This document shows, piece after piece, positions 26,805 to 38,057 of a stretch of DNA of 64,000 bases; position 1 is the stretch's first letter, and each line of letters opens with the position of its first letter. The notes beneath the pieces were generated by a model. It worked only from the letters and a program-made list of their open reading frames with translations, was not told the origin of the DNA and ran no database searches. The stretch spans positions 72,628 to 136,627 of the forward strand of contig CAVTIN010000015.1 in assembly GCA_963734895.1 (NCBI GenBank), written 5' to 3'. Both the position numbers and the translations under genes were made by a program. The stretch is from an uncultured Chloroflexia bacterium. GTDB taxonomy: Bacteria; Chloroflexota; Limnocylindria; Limnocylindrales; CSP1-4.

Positions 26805-27884
26805 CTACAGGGCAGGCAGGCCCAGGCACCCCCGGACGGCGTTCTCGAGCCGCTCGGAACGGTCGTACCCGGCGATCTCCGCGGTGACGAACCCGAGCGC
26901 GTACTGCCCGACCTCGCTCCACCAGCCCACGCTGCCACCCAGCCCGCCCATGCCGAAGCCGTCCGGATCGAGCGCGAACCCGAGGCCCCACTCGCGTTCG
27001 TCGCCCATCACCATGTCGACGCCGGAGCCGGCGACCGCCGTTGCCTCCGCGAGCATCGCGGGTGCCAGGATCGCGCCGGTCTTGAGGGCCACGTACAGCC
27101 CCGCCACGCCGCGCGCCGTGCCGTGGCCGTTGATCGCCGGGATCTCGGCACGCCGCCAGCGTTCGCTGTTGACGACCGCCGGGTCGCGCGCTCCGGGCGG
27201 ATTGGCGAGCGCCCGCTCGTACATTGGCGTCCCACCGGTGTTGGCCCGGCGGAACGGCTCACCGAACCCGCCGAGGTCCGCCACGCGCGCCAGCTCCGCG
27301 TCCGTCAGCCCGACGTGGAAGTCCAGGCCCAGCGGCTCGCAGACCTCGTCGCGCAGGAACCGGCCCAGCGTCCGGCCATCGATACGCCGGACGACCTCGC
27401 CCACCAGGTGCCCGTAGAACAGCGCCGACTCACCCTGTGCCGCGCCGGGCTGCCAGGCGGGAGCCTGCTCCGCGATGAGGCGGCACATCCAGTCCCAGTC
27501 ATACCAGGCCGCCTCGGGGGCCGGCCGATCGAGCACGACATGGCCGGATCGATGGGCGAGCACCTGGCGCATCGTCGTCGCGGCGGCCAGCTCCGGCCAG
27601 TACGTCGACAGCGGCGCATCGAGGTCGATCAGCCCGCGGTCCGCGAGGACCAGCGCACACATCGCCGCGAATGGCTTCGTGACCGAATACACCATCGAGA
27701 TGGTGTCGGCCTGCCACGGGTGCTTGCCGGCGGCGTCGGCATCGCCGCCCCACAGGTCAACGACCCAGCTCCCGCCGCGCCACACGGCCAGCGCCGCACC
27801 GGGCCCCGACTGGCCCGCGACCACCCCGGCGAACGCCTCGGAGACGGGCTCGAACCCCGGATCCACCGATCCCTGGATGGACAT
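26805..27884 (-). CDS. Serine hydrolase, beta-lactamase/esterase family (class C-like)
   Basis: SxxK nucleophile motif SVTK in the context [16 protein letters not shown]. 359 aa. Confidence 0.9.
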   Translation of the reverse strand: MSIQGSVDPGFEPVSEAFAGVVAGQSGPGAALAVWRGGSWVVDLWGGDADAAGKHPWQADTISMVYSVTKPFAAMCALVLADRGLIDLDAPLSTYWPELAAATTMRQVLAHRSGHVVLDRPAPEAAWYDWDWMCRLIAEQAPAWQPGAAQGESALFYGHLVGEVVRRIDGRTLGRFLRDEVCEPLGLDFHVGLTDAELARVADLGGFGEPFRRANTGGTPMYERALANPPGARDPAVVNSERWRRAEIPAINGHGTARGVAGLYVALKTGAILAPAMLAEATAVAGSGVDMVMGDEREWGLGFALDPDGFGMGGLGGSVGWWSEVGQYALGFVTAEIAGYDRSERLENAVRGCLGLPAL

Positions 27885-27909
27885 CCTGTGGCGATCCGGT
27901 CCGCGTCGT

Positions 27910-29673
<1,764 letters not shown>

Positions 29674-29720
29674 GTCCGCGGGTTCCTCCGTTGGGCTTCG
29701 GCGGGTTGATGGGTGTCGGG

Positions 29721-31661
29721 TCAGCCGGCGGCAACGGCCGTCCGGGCGAGGAGTCGGGATTGGTCGCGACGACGGTCGAGCGACCGGCGCTGCTCATTGA
29801 GGAGGCGGCGTTCGAGCGTCAGGCGCTCCGCGGTCTCGTCGTCGCCGTCGCGCTCGGCCTCGGCCGTCGCTTCGTGGTTCCAGGCGCTGCGCTCCTGCCA
29901 CTCGGCGTCATCGAGCTCGAGGGTCAGGCGCTCGATCTCGTAGGCGAGGGCGCGATCGTCCAGCTGTCTCGGGTTGGGACCAGGCCGCGAGACGAGCGCC
30001 TGCCCGAGGGCGCGGCTCTCGTCGTCGAGCCCGTCGAGGATGGCCGGCAGCGCCCAGGCGGGCCGGACCCCGTGCTCGTCGCGGGCGCGGGCGAGCACGA
30101 TCGCGCGGTACAGCTCGCGCGCAACCTGCGACGGCAGCCGGTCGGGTCCCACGCCGTCGAGGACCGTGTCGTGCACCTCGGGAACGAGGAGCACCAGCCG
30201 CAGCAGCTCCTGCTCGGTCCGCGACACGCCGCGCAGGATCTCGGTCACCGGGAGCGCGTCCGGGGCGCCGGTCACCGCCTCGGCCGTGAACCGGTCGCGC
30301 CCGTTGCGGCCGTCCGCCTCGCGGCCCGCACGCCGGTGGAGCGCCTCGAGCAGCGTGCGCTCCTCGACGCCCGATACGCGGTGGACCTGGCCAAGGTACG
30401 CGTCACGCAGGACCGGGTTGGGCAGGTTGCGGATGATCGGAAGCACCGCATCCACGAACCGGGCCTGCCCGCCGGGCGTCCGCAGGTCCTCGGCGCGGGC
30501 ATGGACGTCGATCAGGTGGTCGACGATCGGCCGGGCGCTGCGGACCTCCTCGCGCCAGCGGTCGGGCTCGTCGCGCACGACCTCGTCCGGGTCGAGGCCC
30601 TCGGGCAGCCCGACCACGCGAACGTCGTCCAGCTCCACGCCCAATTCGTCGGGAGCCAGCTGGCGGATCAGCTCCTCGAGCGCGGTGGCCCCGAAGGTGC
30701 CGGCCTTCTGCCCCGCGGCATCGACGTCGTACGCGAGCGCGATCCGCTTCGCATACCGGGTGACCAGCGCGACCTGGAACGGGGTGAGCGCCGTGCCCAG
30801 CGAGGCCACCACGTTGTCGAAGCCCGCCTGGTGGGCCATCAGGGCATCGGTGTAGCCCTCGACGATCACCGCCTGGCCCGTCTTGCGGATCGCGGTCTTG
30901 GCGCGATCGATGAGGTACAGCGTGCGGCTCTTGTCGAACAGCGGCGTCGCCGGGGAGTTGAGGTACTTGGGTCCGTGGTCGACGCCGTCCTCGCCCACCC
31001 CCTCCTTGCCCAGAACCCGGCCGCCGAGGCCCACGGCGTGGCCGTTCTGGTCGCGGATCGGGAAGATGACGCGCTCCCGGAACCGGTCGTACACCCCGCC
31101 CCCACGCTGGCGCGAGCTGGCCAGGCCCACCTCGAGCAGCTCCCCGGGCGCGATCTGGCGCTTGCTGGCGAGCTGGCGGGTCATCTGGTCCCAGCCGCGC
31201 GGCGCCCAGCCGAGCTGATGCTTCTCGATCGTCTCGTCGGTGAAGCCGCGGCCGCGCAGGTAGGCGAGCGCAGGCGCTCCCGCCTCGGACTTCATCAGCA
31301 CCGCGTGGTAGAAGGCGACCGCCGCCTCCAGGACCTCGCGCAGCCGCGCGTTGTGCGCGTCCTCGCGCTTGGTCCGCTCGTCGATCTCCACGCCGGCGCG
31401 TCCGGCGAGCGCCTGGAGGGCCTCGGGAAAGGACAAGCCGTCACGCTCCATCAGGAACGTGAAGATGTCACCGTGCTTGCCGCAGCCGAAGCAATGCCAC
31501 GTGTCGCGGGCGGGCGTCACGACGAAGCTCGCGGTCTTCTCGCCGTGGAACGGGCACAGCCCCTTGAGGGTGGTGCCCGCCTTCTTCAGCTGGACGGTCT
31601 CCCCCACCACATCGGCGACGGGGAGCCTGCCCTTGATCTCGGCAACGACGCCGACGGCCAA
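29721..31661 (-). CDS. dnaG: DNA primase
   Basis: Zinc ribbon [30 protein letters not shown] and [21 protein letters not shown] start at 31661 lies 5 nt after AGGAG. The upstream 200 codons of the ORF-track entry are Arg/Pro-rich and were rejected. Confidence 0.9.
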   Translation of the reverse strand: MAVGVVAEIKGRLPVADVVGETVQLKKAGTTLKGLCPFHGEKTASFVVTPARDTWHCFGCGKHGDIFTFLMERDGLSFPEALQALAGRAGVEIDERTKREDAHNARLREVLEAAVAFYHAVLMKSEAGAPALAYLRGRGFTDETIEKHQLGWAPRGWDQMTRQLASKRQIAPGELLEVGLASSRQRGGGVYDRFRERVIFPIRDQNGHAVGLGGRVLGKEGVGEDGVDHGPKYLNSPATPLFDKSRTLYLIDRAKTAIRKTGQAVIVEGYTDALMAHQAGFDNVVASLGTALTPFQVALVTRYAKRIALAYDVDAAGQKAGTFGATALEELIRQLAPDELGVELDDVRVVGLPEGLDPDEVVRDEPDRWREEVRSARPIVDHLIDVHARAEDLRTPGGQARFVDAVLPIIRNLPNPVLRDAYLGQVHRVSGVEERTLLEALHRRAGREADGRNGRDRFTAEAVTGAPDALPVTEILRGVSRTEQELLRLVLLVPEVHDTVLDGVGPDRLPSQVARELYRAIVLARARDEHGVRPAWALPAILDGLDDESRALGQALVSRPGPNPRQLDDRALAYEIERLTLELDDAEWQERSAWNHEATAEAERDGDDETAERLTLERRLLNEQRRSLDRRRDQSRLLARTAVAAG

Positions 31662-31715
31662 TGCAGCTCCTGTCCCGACCCACCCGGGACAGGGCCCGGC
31701 GGGAACGACTGAGGG

Positions 31716-31734
31716 CCTGTCAAGTCTTGACAGG
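31716..31734. promoter_or_regulatory. Perfect 19-bp palindrome containing TTGACA on both strands
   Basis: CCTGTCAAG-T-CTTGACAGG lies 55 nt upstream of the dnaG start. Confidence 0.4.
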
Positions 31735-31768
31735 CCACGCGAGGCCGAGGGTACCCCCGCTCCTGGGG

Positions 31769-31791
31769 CTTGACAAGAATTCGCTGTCAAG
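31769..31791. promoter_or_regulatory. Second palindrome with the same half-site, everted arrangement
   Basis: CTTGACA-agaattcgc-TGTCAAG has the same 7-mer as 31716-31734 in the opposite relative orientation. Confidence 0.4.
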
Positions 31792-31930
31792 AGCCGGACC
31801 GCCGATCCGTGTCTCCCGGAGACCCGGCCAACAGGCTGGCTGTTGAGCCCAGCCGGCGAGGTGGCGTCGTAACGATCCGCGAACGGCAGCTCCGGATGAT
31901 GCTGCCGACGCGATCGCAGCGGGAGGGCGG

Positions 31931-33217
31931 ATGACCACGGGCCGGGCGACACGGCAGACCAGGGTTGCCATCGGGATGGCTGTTGCCACGGCGGCGAGCC
32001 TGACGGTGGCGCTTGCCATGATCCTGTTGTCGGGAGAGCGGGCGGCCGCGATCGGCTCCATCCGGTTGGGCGAGGCGCTTGCGCTCGCCGTGCCCTGGAT
32101 GGCCTTCTCGATCGTGGGCGCTCTGATCGTCCGGCACCGGTCGGGGCACCAGGTCGGCTGGCTGTGCATCCTGGGCGGGTTCCAGGTCTCAGTTGTCGCC
32201 CTCGTATTGGGGATCGCGACCTATGGCCTGTCGAAGGATCCGCTCGCCGTGTTCGGGCCGCCCGCGGCATGGCTGGCCCACGAGGGGTCGATCTCCATCG
32301 TCATCGCACCGCTGCTGATCCTGTACCGCTTCCCGACCGGGCAGTTGCCCGGTCCGCGGTGGCGCCCGGTGGAGGCGCTGGCCGTTGCATACGTGGGCGC
32401 CCTGATGCTGATGTTCGGGATCGAGCCGATGCCGCTCCTGACCTTTCCGACCACGATGAACCCTCTCGCGGTCGGCACGGCACCGCGCCTGAGTGCGCTG
32501 GCCCTCGCGCCGCCGGCCGCCTTTGCCGCACTGGCCGTCGCCTCGCTGGTCGTTCGCTTCCGGCGCGGTTCCAACCTCGAGCGGCGGCAGCTTCGCCTCC
32601 TTGCCCTCGCCTCCGTCCTCGTCGGCGTCGCGATCGCGACCATGACCCTGACGAGCCCGGAGCTGATGACCAGCGGCCGGCTCTCGACGCTCACCGTCCT
32701 GGTCAATGCGACCGCATTCACGGCGATTCCCGCAGCGATCGGGATCGCGATCGTGCGGGACCGCCTGTACGACATCGACCGGATCGTCAAGCGGACGCTC
32801 GTCTACGCCCTTGTGTCGGCGATCCTCGTGGCTGTCTATGTGGCTGCCGTCCTGGGGCTGACCGCCCTGCTGGCGATCCTCGCGCCGGACGCCGGCAGCA
32901 CGCTCGCGACGGCGGGCTCCACGCTCCTCGTGGCGGCGCTGTTCCGGCCCGTGCGCTCCCGCGCCCAGGACACGGTCGACCGTCGGTTCGACCGCGAACG
33001 CTACGAGGCGGCCAGGACCATCGATACCTTTGCCGGCCTCGTTCGCGCGGAGGTCGAGCTCGATGCGATCGTCGGCGACCTGCGGCTCGCCGCTGCGAGG
33101 ACCGTTCGCCCGTCGACCCTCGACTGCTGGATCCGGGGCCCGGCATCAGGCTTGGCTTCGGTCACGCCGACCGAAGCGCTCAGCCCGCGTCGGTCGTCGG
33201 ACGATCCACGACCGTGA
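31931..33217 (+). CDS. Polytopic membrane protein resembling the sensor (N-terminal) part of actinobacterial signalling proteins, with no output domain
   Basis: GGGAGGG lies 4 nt before the ATG. About 10 TM segments, then the conserved-looking cytoplasmic stretch RDRLYDIDRIVKRTLVYALVS...FRPVRSRAQDTVDRRFDRERYEAARTIDTF. Its 3' end overlaps the convergent gene by 38 nt. Confidence 0.6.
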   Translation: MTTGRATRQTRVAIGMAVATAASLTVALAMILLSGERAAAIGSIRLGEALALAVPWMAFSIVGALIVRHRSGHQVGWLCILGGFQVSVVALVLGIATYGLSKDPLAVFGPPAAWLAHEGSISIVIAPLLILYRFPTGQLPGPRWRPVEALAVAYVGALMLMFGIEPMPLLTFPTTMNPLAVGTAPRLSALALAPPAAFAALAVASLVVRFRRGSNLERRQLRLLALASVLVGVAIATMTLTSPELMTSGRLSTLTVLVNATAFTAIPAAIGIAIVRDRLYDIDRIVKRTLVYALVSAILVAVYVAAVLGLTALLAILAPDAGSTLATAGSTLLVAALFRPVRSRAQDTVDRRFDRERYEAARTIDTFAGLVRAEVELDAIVGDLRLAAARTVRPSTLDCWIRGPASGLASVTPTEALSPRRSSDDPRP

Positions 33218-34841
33218 TCCGACCGCCGTACATGCCCATGGCGCAGGTGTAGTCGAGGATGCCCGCCGGCAGGGCCGGCAGCTCGATCACGTTCGCTCCC
33301 TTGTCGAGCCGGAGCCGGAGGTCCACACCCGGGGCCCACAGGGAAGCGGCGCAGGTGGCGGTGGTGGACGACTGGATCGTCCAGTGCGTCGGGTAGCCGG
33401 CGTAGATCACGATGTTCCCAGGGCTATAACCTCCCGCGTCCTGGTACGTGGTGATCGCCTGCGTGCCATCCGGCCCGAGTGTTCCGGCCAGCGGCGCGGC
33501 CGACGCGATGCCGACCAGGGATGGGAACGTGAAGCCGGAGAGCCGGGCCCCGGCGCTGCCGTTGACGAACGCGAAGGCGAGGACGACGACGCCCACGAGG
33601 CGCACCAGCGTGGGCTTCGCCCTGCTCGGCACGACCACGGGAAGCCCCGCGAGGGCGAGCAGCCCGGGCGCCGTCCCGATCGCGAACGTCGCGAGGAGTG
33701 CCCCAGCGAACAACGGCGAGCCGGTCGAGAGCGCGTAGATCTGCACGGCCTGGGTGAAGCCGCAGGGAAGGAAGAACGATGCGGCGCCGAGCGCCCCGGT
33801 CCGGGCGTCGGAGTAGGCGCTCACGTTGGCCCCACCAAGCCCGAGCTTCTCGCTCGCGCCCATCGGGAGGGTCGGTGACCAGCCCGCGATCCGCGGCGAG
33901 AGACCCGTCAAACGGGCGCCGAGGAGCGTCATCACGATCGCCACCGAGACCATCAGGACCGCGGTCAGCTGTGGTGGCATGGCGAGGCTTGCACCGACGG
34001 CGCCGAGGGCGGCGCCGAAGATCGCGTAGCCGGCGATCCGGCCAGCGACGAAGACAAGGGCCGGTCGCAGCTGCGCTGCCGCGCTCCCACCCGCTGGCCG
34101 GCTTGCCACGAACGCTGCGGACAGCCCGAGCACCAGGCCGCCGACGAGCGCCATGCATGTCGATACGCCCGCCGCGAGCCCCAGCAGCAGGGCGACGACG
34201 AGACCGCCGCTGCTCAGATCGCCGGCGCCCGAAGCGAGGTCGCCGATGCCGGTGACCTGGGCGGTGACCGCCAGCGCGGCCACCAGCAGGAGGCCGACAC
34301 CGGCCGTGACCCACACCCTCGGATCACTCTCGAGCCAGGGCGTTCGCCCGATCTCATACCCGGCCTTGTTGATCGCTCGCTCGATGTCAACGGGAGACAC
34401 CGGCGCTGAACTCTCGATGACGACCCGTGCGTGAGCGGCTGACGCCGCGACGCGCTCGACATTCGGGAGACGCGCGACGTGCTTCTGGATGCGCACCTCG
34501 CATGACCGGCAGGTCATGCCGGCGATCGGAACCGTGGTGGAGATCGTGCCGGCTGCGCTGACGATGCTGCGGGGAACATCCAGGCCGGCCGGTCGCGAGC
34601 CCCTGCCCAGGCGGTACTCGCGCAGCTCGACGGCTCTCCGGTGGAGCTCGTCGGGATCCGCGGACTCGGTGGATGTCGGCGGCGTGGGTTCGGCGGAGCG
34701 CGCCTGACGCCGCTCGAGCGCCTGTTGATGGAGCGCATCCGCGTCCAGGACCGGCGCACCGGCTCGCGCGTGTGCCGCGAGCGGCACCGATGGGTCCGGG
34801 CGCGATGCCGGCGCCTGGGACCCGGTGTGGCGGCGGGACAT
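33180..34841 (-). CDS. HMA (heavy-metal-associated) domain fused to a TauE/SafE- or CcdA-like membrane domain and a C-terminal cupredoxin-like domain
   Basis: HMA motif IAGMTCRSCEVRIQKHV. The membrane core is multi-helix and Gly/Ala-rich. The C-terminal beta-rich tail is YSPGNIVIYAGYPTHWTIQSS...CAMGMYGGRITVV. ATG at 34841 lies 11 nt after AAGGAG. Confidence 0.75.
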   Translation of the reverse strand: MSRRHTGSQAPASRPDPSVPLAAHARAGAPVLDADALHQQALERRQARSAEPTPPTSTESADPDELHRRAVELREYRLGRGSRPAGLDVPRSIVSAAGTISTTVPIAGMTCRSCEVRIQKHVARLPNVERVAASAAHARVVIESSAPVSPVDIERAINKAGYEIGRTPWLESDPRVWVTAGVGLLLVAALAVTAQVTGIGDLASGAGDLSSGGLVVALLLGLAAGVSTCMALVGGLVLGLSAAFVASRPAGGSAAAQLRPALVFVAGRIAGYAIFGAALGAVGASLAMPPQLTAVLMVSVAIVMTLLGARLTGLSPRIAGWSPTLPMGASEKLGLGGANVSAYSDARTGALGAASFFLPCGFTQAVQIYALSTGSPLFAGALLATFAIGTAPGLLALAGLPVVVPSRAKPTLVRLVGVVVLAFAFVNGSAGARLSGFTFPSLVGIASAAPLAGTLGPDGTQAITTYQDAGGYSPGNIVIYAGYPTHWTIQSSTTATCAASLWAPGVDLRLRLDKGANVIELPALPAGILDYTCAMGMYGGRITVVDRPTTDAG

Positions 34842-34929
34842 GGGGCGCGCGCTCCTTGTCGGCGGTCTGCGAACCGTTGATGACCGAAGCATCAGTGCGG
34901 AGAGCCGGCGCGCCCATGCAGGAGGACAA

Positions 34930-34947
34930 AAGACTTCATCAAGACTT
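34930..34947. promoter_or_regulatory. Direct heptamer repeats with 11-bp phasing
   Basis: AAGACTTcatcAAGACTT has a 7+4+7 architecture, in a locally AT-richer patch of the divergent intergenic region. Confidence 0.3.
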
Positions 34948-35171
34948 GGTCAAGGCGGCGCGCCGGCGCGATGTGGCGCCGCCCGAACCTGCGCGCATTG
35001 GTAGCCAGAGCGCCGCGCGCGGACGCCCTGGAATCCGGAACTCGACGGCGGCCCGGCGGCACCCGTAGACTCCCCGGACGCCCAACAGTGGGCGGGCCCC
35101 CGCGGGCGAGAACCCGGGATGGCGCCCCGGGACCCGGAAGGTCAACCGGCGGCCGGAGCACGGAGAAGCTG

Positions 35172-36602
35172 ATGCGGGTGATCGTCGTCGGCGCAGGCAG
35201 CGCGGCGCGGGCAGCGCTCGCTCGACTGGGCGAGCGCTGGGACGTCGTGGTCATCGATCCGGACGCCGACCGCCTCGACCGGATCGCGTCGGTCCGGGCC
35301 GTCGCCCCGGTGCTCGGCGATGGATCCAGTCGGGTCGTGCTCGAACGGGCGGGCCTGGCCGAGGCCGACGCGGTCATCGCGGCGACTGGCGATGATGCCG
35401 TCAACAACGAAGTGTGCCGGCTGGCCCTCGAGGCCGAGGTCGACCGGATCGTCGCGATCGTCGACGACCCGGATGCGCTGGGCGACCTGCGACGGGAGGG
35501 CGTCGTGGCCGTGTCGCCGACGCGACTGGCGGCCCGCCTGGTCGAGATCAACCTCGAGCCGCGGCGCGTGTCCTCGGCGGCGTTCGCCAACGGGCGGGCC
35601 GAGGCGGTCGAGTTCCGGATCTCCCCCGACTCGCCGCTCCGCGGCCGCCCCCTGCACGCGCTGGGCCGGATGCCGTGGCTGGTGGCCGCGGTGCTCCGCG
35701 ACGACCAGCTGATCGTCCCCCACGGCGGGACCGAGCTCCAGGAAGGCGACCTGGTGACGGTCGTGGGCGCGGCGGCGGACCACGGCGCGATGGTCGAAAC
35801 GTTCACCGGGGGCCAGGCGCACTTCCCGCTCAACTACGGCCGCAACGCGGCCCTCGCGATCGGCCCCGGCCCCGTGCCCGAAGCGTTGGCGGCCGAAGCC
35901 CTGGCATTCGTCCGGGCGACGGCCGCCGCCTCGCTGTACGTTGTCCACGACGATCCGGCGAGCCTCGATCCCGAGCGCGCCCGCGCTCAGGGGGAGGAGC
36001 TTGATCGACTGGTGAGCCTTGGCGCCGAGATCGAGCCGCGCGCCGCAGCCCGCGGGACGTCCGGCCTGCCGGCCCTCCTCGAGCTGGCCACCCGCGAGAG
36101 TGTGGGCGTCGTCGTGCTGTCCAAGCCGGACGGCCGGATCCGGACCGTGCGCACGCTCGAGGCACTCCGCCGGGCGGGGATGCCGGCCCTGCTGGCAGCG
36201 GGACGTCCGGCCTACCGCGGGATCGTGACGCCGGCACGCGACAGCATCGGGGGATGGCGCGCCGCGTGGACCGCGATCGATCTCGCCGCCCGCGCCGAGC
36301 TCCCGCTCGAGGCACTGGGCGTGGTGCCGCCGGCATTCGTGGCCGGTGAATCAGACGCGGCCCTCGTCCGACGCGCCGTCGCGCGGATCCGGGCCGAGGC
36401 CTCGGTCCAGGGGGTCACCGTCACGGGTCGGGTCGAGAGCGGCAACCCGGTCCGCGTGTTCGCCGCCCTCGATCCGGACCAGCTCGTCGTCCTGGGGCTG
36501 GGGGAAGGGGCGCTGAGCATCCTCATGCCCGGCCTCACGGGCCACATCGTCGCCCGGATCGAGACGTCGGTGGTCGTGATCCCGGACCGCGAGCCCAGGT
36601 GA
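35172..36602 (+). CDS. TrkA-N/TrkA-C (RCK) domain protein with C-terminal USP-like domains
   Basis: ATG at 35172 lies 4 nt after GGAGAAG. NAD fold VIVVGAGSAARAAL. RCK_C-like RGRPLHALG...LQEGDLVTVVG. The C-terminal half has two alpha/beta units ending ...HIVARIETSVVVIP, as in universal stress proteins. Confidence 0.75.
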   Translation: MRVIVVGAGSAARAALARLGERWDVVVIDPDADRLDRIASVRAVAPVLGDGSSRVVLERAGLAEADAVIAATGDDAVNNEVCRLALEAEVDRIVAIVDDPDALGDLRREGVVAVSPTRLAARLVEINLEPRRVSSAAFANGRAEAVEFRISPDSPLRGRPLHALGRMPWLVAAVLRDDQLIVPHGGTELQEGDLVTVVGAAADHGAMVETFTGGQAHFPLNYGRNAALAIGPGPVPEALAAEALAFVRATAAASLYVVHDDPASLDPERARAQGEELDRLVSLGAEIEPRAAARGTSGLPALLELATRESVGVVVLSKPDGRIRTVRTLEALRRAGMPALLAAGRPAYRGIVTPARDSIGGWRAAWTAIDLAARAELPLEALGVVPPAFVAGESDAALVRRAVARIRAEASVQGVTVTGRVESGNPVRVFAALDPDQLVVLGLGEGALSILMPGLTGHIVARIETSVVVIPDREPR

Positions 36603-37798
36603 CACCCGAAAGCGCCGCGACGCTGATCCTGATCGCGGCGGCCGCATTCGCGCTGCCGCTGGCGGCGGGCGCGCTTCGCGTCCCGGCGGTGGTCCTCGAG
36701 ATCGTGTTCGGGATCATCGCGGGACCCGTCCTGGGCATCGTCCACCCCGACGAGCTGACGACGGCCCTTGCGGAGCTGGGCTTCCTGATGCTGCTGTTCC
36801 TGTCCGGGTTCGAGATCGACCTGCGGGTGTTCGAGCGGCAGGGGGTTCGCCCGGTCACCGTCGGGCTCGCCGTGTTCGGGGGCACGGTGCTGTTCTCCTG
36901 GGTCGCCGCGCAGCTGCTGGGGCTGAGCATCTTCATCACGCTGGTCCTGTCCACGACCTCGGTCGGCCTCGTCGTGCCCACGTTGCGGGCGACGCGCCGG
37001 ATCACCACTCCCCTCGGCCAGGACATCCTCGTCAGCGCGCTGCTGGCCGATTTCCTGACGCTGCTGGCGGTGACCGTCGTCGCCCTGGTCGCCCAGTACG
37101 GGGTGGGTGTGCGACTGCTCGCGCTGCCGGCGTTCCTGATGATCGCGGGCGCCGCGCTGCTGGCGCTGCGGCGCGCTGCGTGGTGGTACCCGGAACGCTT
37201 CGGCCGCCTGTTCGACGCCGACGACCCCGACGAGATCGGGATCCGGTTCACGCTCGCGCTGATGCTGGTGTTCGTCGGCATCGCGCTGGTGCTGGGCATC
37301 GAGCCGATCCTGGGCGCATTCCTGGCGGGTACGAGCTTCGCGGCGGTGTTCCGCAACCGGGGCGGGCTCGATCGCAAGCTGACCGGGTTCGCCTACGGCT
37401 TCCTGATCCCGATCTTCTTCATCAGCGTCGGGATCCGGTTCCGCCTGGATGCCATATCGGACCCGTCGGCGATCCTGTTCACGCTCGGGCTGTTCGTGAT
37501 CGCGGCCGTGGTCAAGATCGTGCCGGCGCTGCTGCTGGTCGGGCGGCGGCACACCGTACGCGAAGCCGTCGCCGCGGGCGCACTGCTGTCCGCCCGCCTG
37601 TCGCTGATCATCGTGGTCGCCTCGCTCGGCGTCGAGCTCGGGCTTCTGGACGCGCGGCTCGAGGCGGAGATCATCCTGCTGGCGGCGGCCACGGCGACGG
37701 TGGCGCCGATCGCGTTCCGGATGATGCTGCCCGCCCTGCCGGCCGCGGCCACCGCCAACAGTGACCCCGCAGCGATGGACGCGAAGCGCAGAGCCTGA
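36599..37798 (+). CDS. Cation:proton antiporter (CPA2 / Kef-type membrane domain)
   Basis: GTGA overlap with the upstream gene. LEIVFGIIAGPVLG...LGFLMLLFLSGFEIDL is typical of the Na_H_Exchanger family. 12-13 TM segments. Confidence 0.85.
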   Translation: MTPESAATLILIAAAAFALPLAAGALRVPAVVLEIVFGIIAGPVLGIVHPDELTTALAELGFLMLLFLSGFEIDLRVFERQGVRPVTVGLAVFGGTVLFSWVAAQLLGLSIFITLVLSTTSVGLVVPTLRATRRITTPLGQDILVSALLADFLTLLAVTVVALVAQYGVGVRLLALPAFLMIAGAALLALRRAAWWYPERFGRLFDADDPDEIGIRFTLALMLVFVGIALVLGIEPILGAFLAGTSFAAVFRNRGGLDRKLTGFAYGFLIPIFFISVGIRFRLDAISDPSAILFTLGLFVIAAVVKIVPALLLVGRRHTVREAVAAGALLSARLSLIIVVASLGVELGLLDARLEAEIILLAAATATVAPIAFRMMLPALPAAATANSDPAAMDAKRRA

Positions 37799-38057
37799 CC
37801 CTCGTCCGGCGCGGCCGGGCGCCGAACGCTCCCGTCGGGTATCCACGGAACCGCCCTTCCGCGGCTGCTACTGGATCGCCGCGGGCGCACGCCGAGGTGA
37901 CGGGCACGATCAGCCCCCGGACGAGGACGTCGATGCTCCGCGCCAGCGCGTTTCCAACGGTTGTCGCCATGTCAGCCTTCCTTGTGGCTGGTGGCCGGGG
38001 ACGGGCCCGGGGTGGATGGATCGGCGGCGGGCTTGTGCCGCCCAGGTCTGAGCGCGG

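Noticed and set aside
31716-31791. The four TTGACA hexamers as ordinary stacked -35 promoter elements
   Set aside because: No TANNNT-like -10 element lies 16-19 nt downstream of any copy on either strand. They were kept as candidate regulator sites instead.
34980-35171. c-di-AMP (ydaO-type) riboswitch upstream of the trkA-like/CPA2 operon
   Set aside because: The leader contains fragments reminiscent of the motif (GGAATCC, ACCCGTAGAC, GGGACCCGGAAGG). Their order and pairing did not match the pseudo-symmetric consensus as I remember it. This needs an Infernal search with RF00379 before any call.
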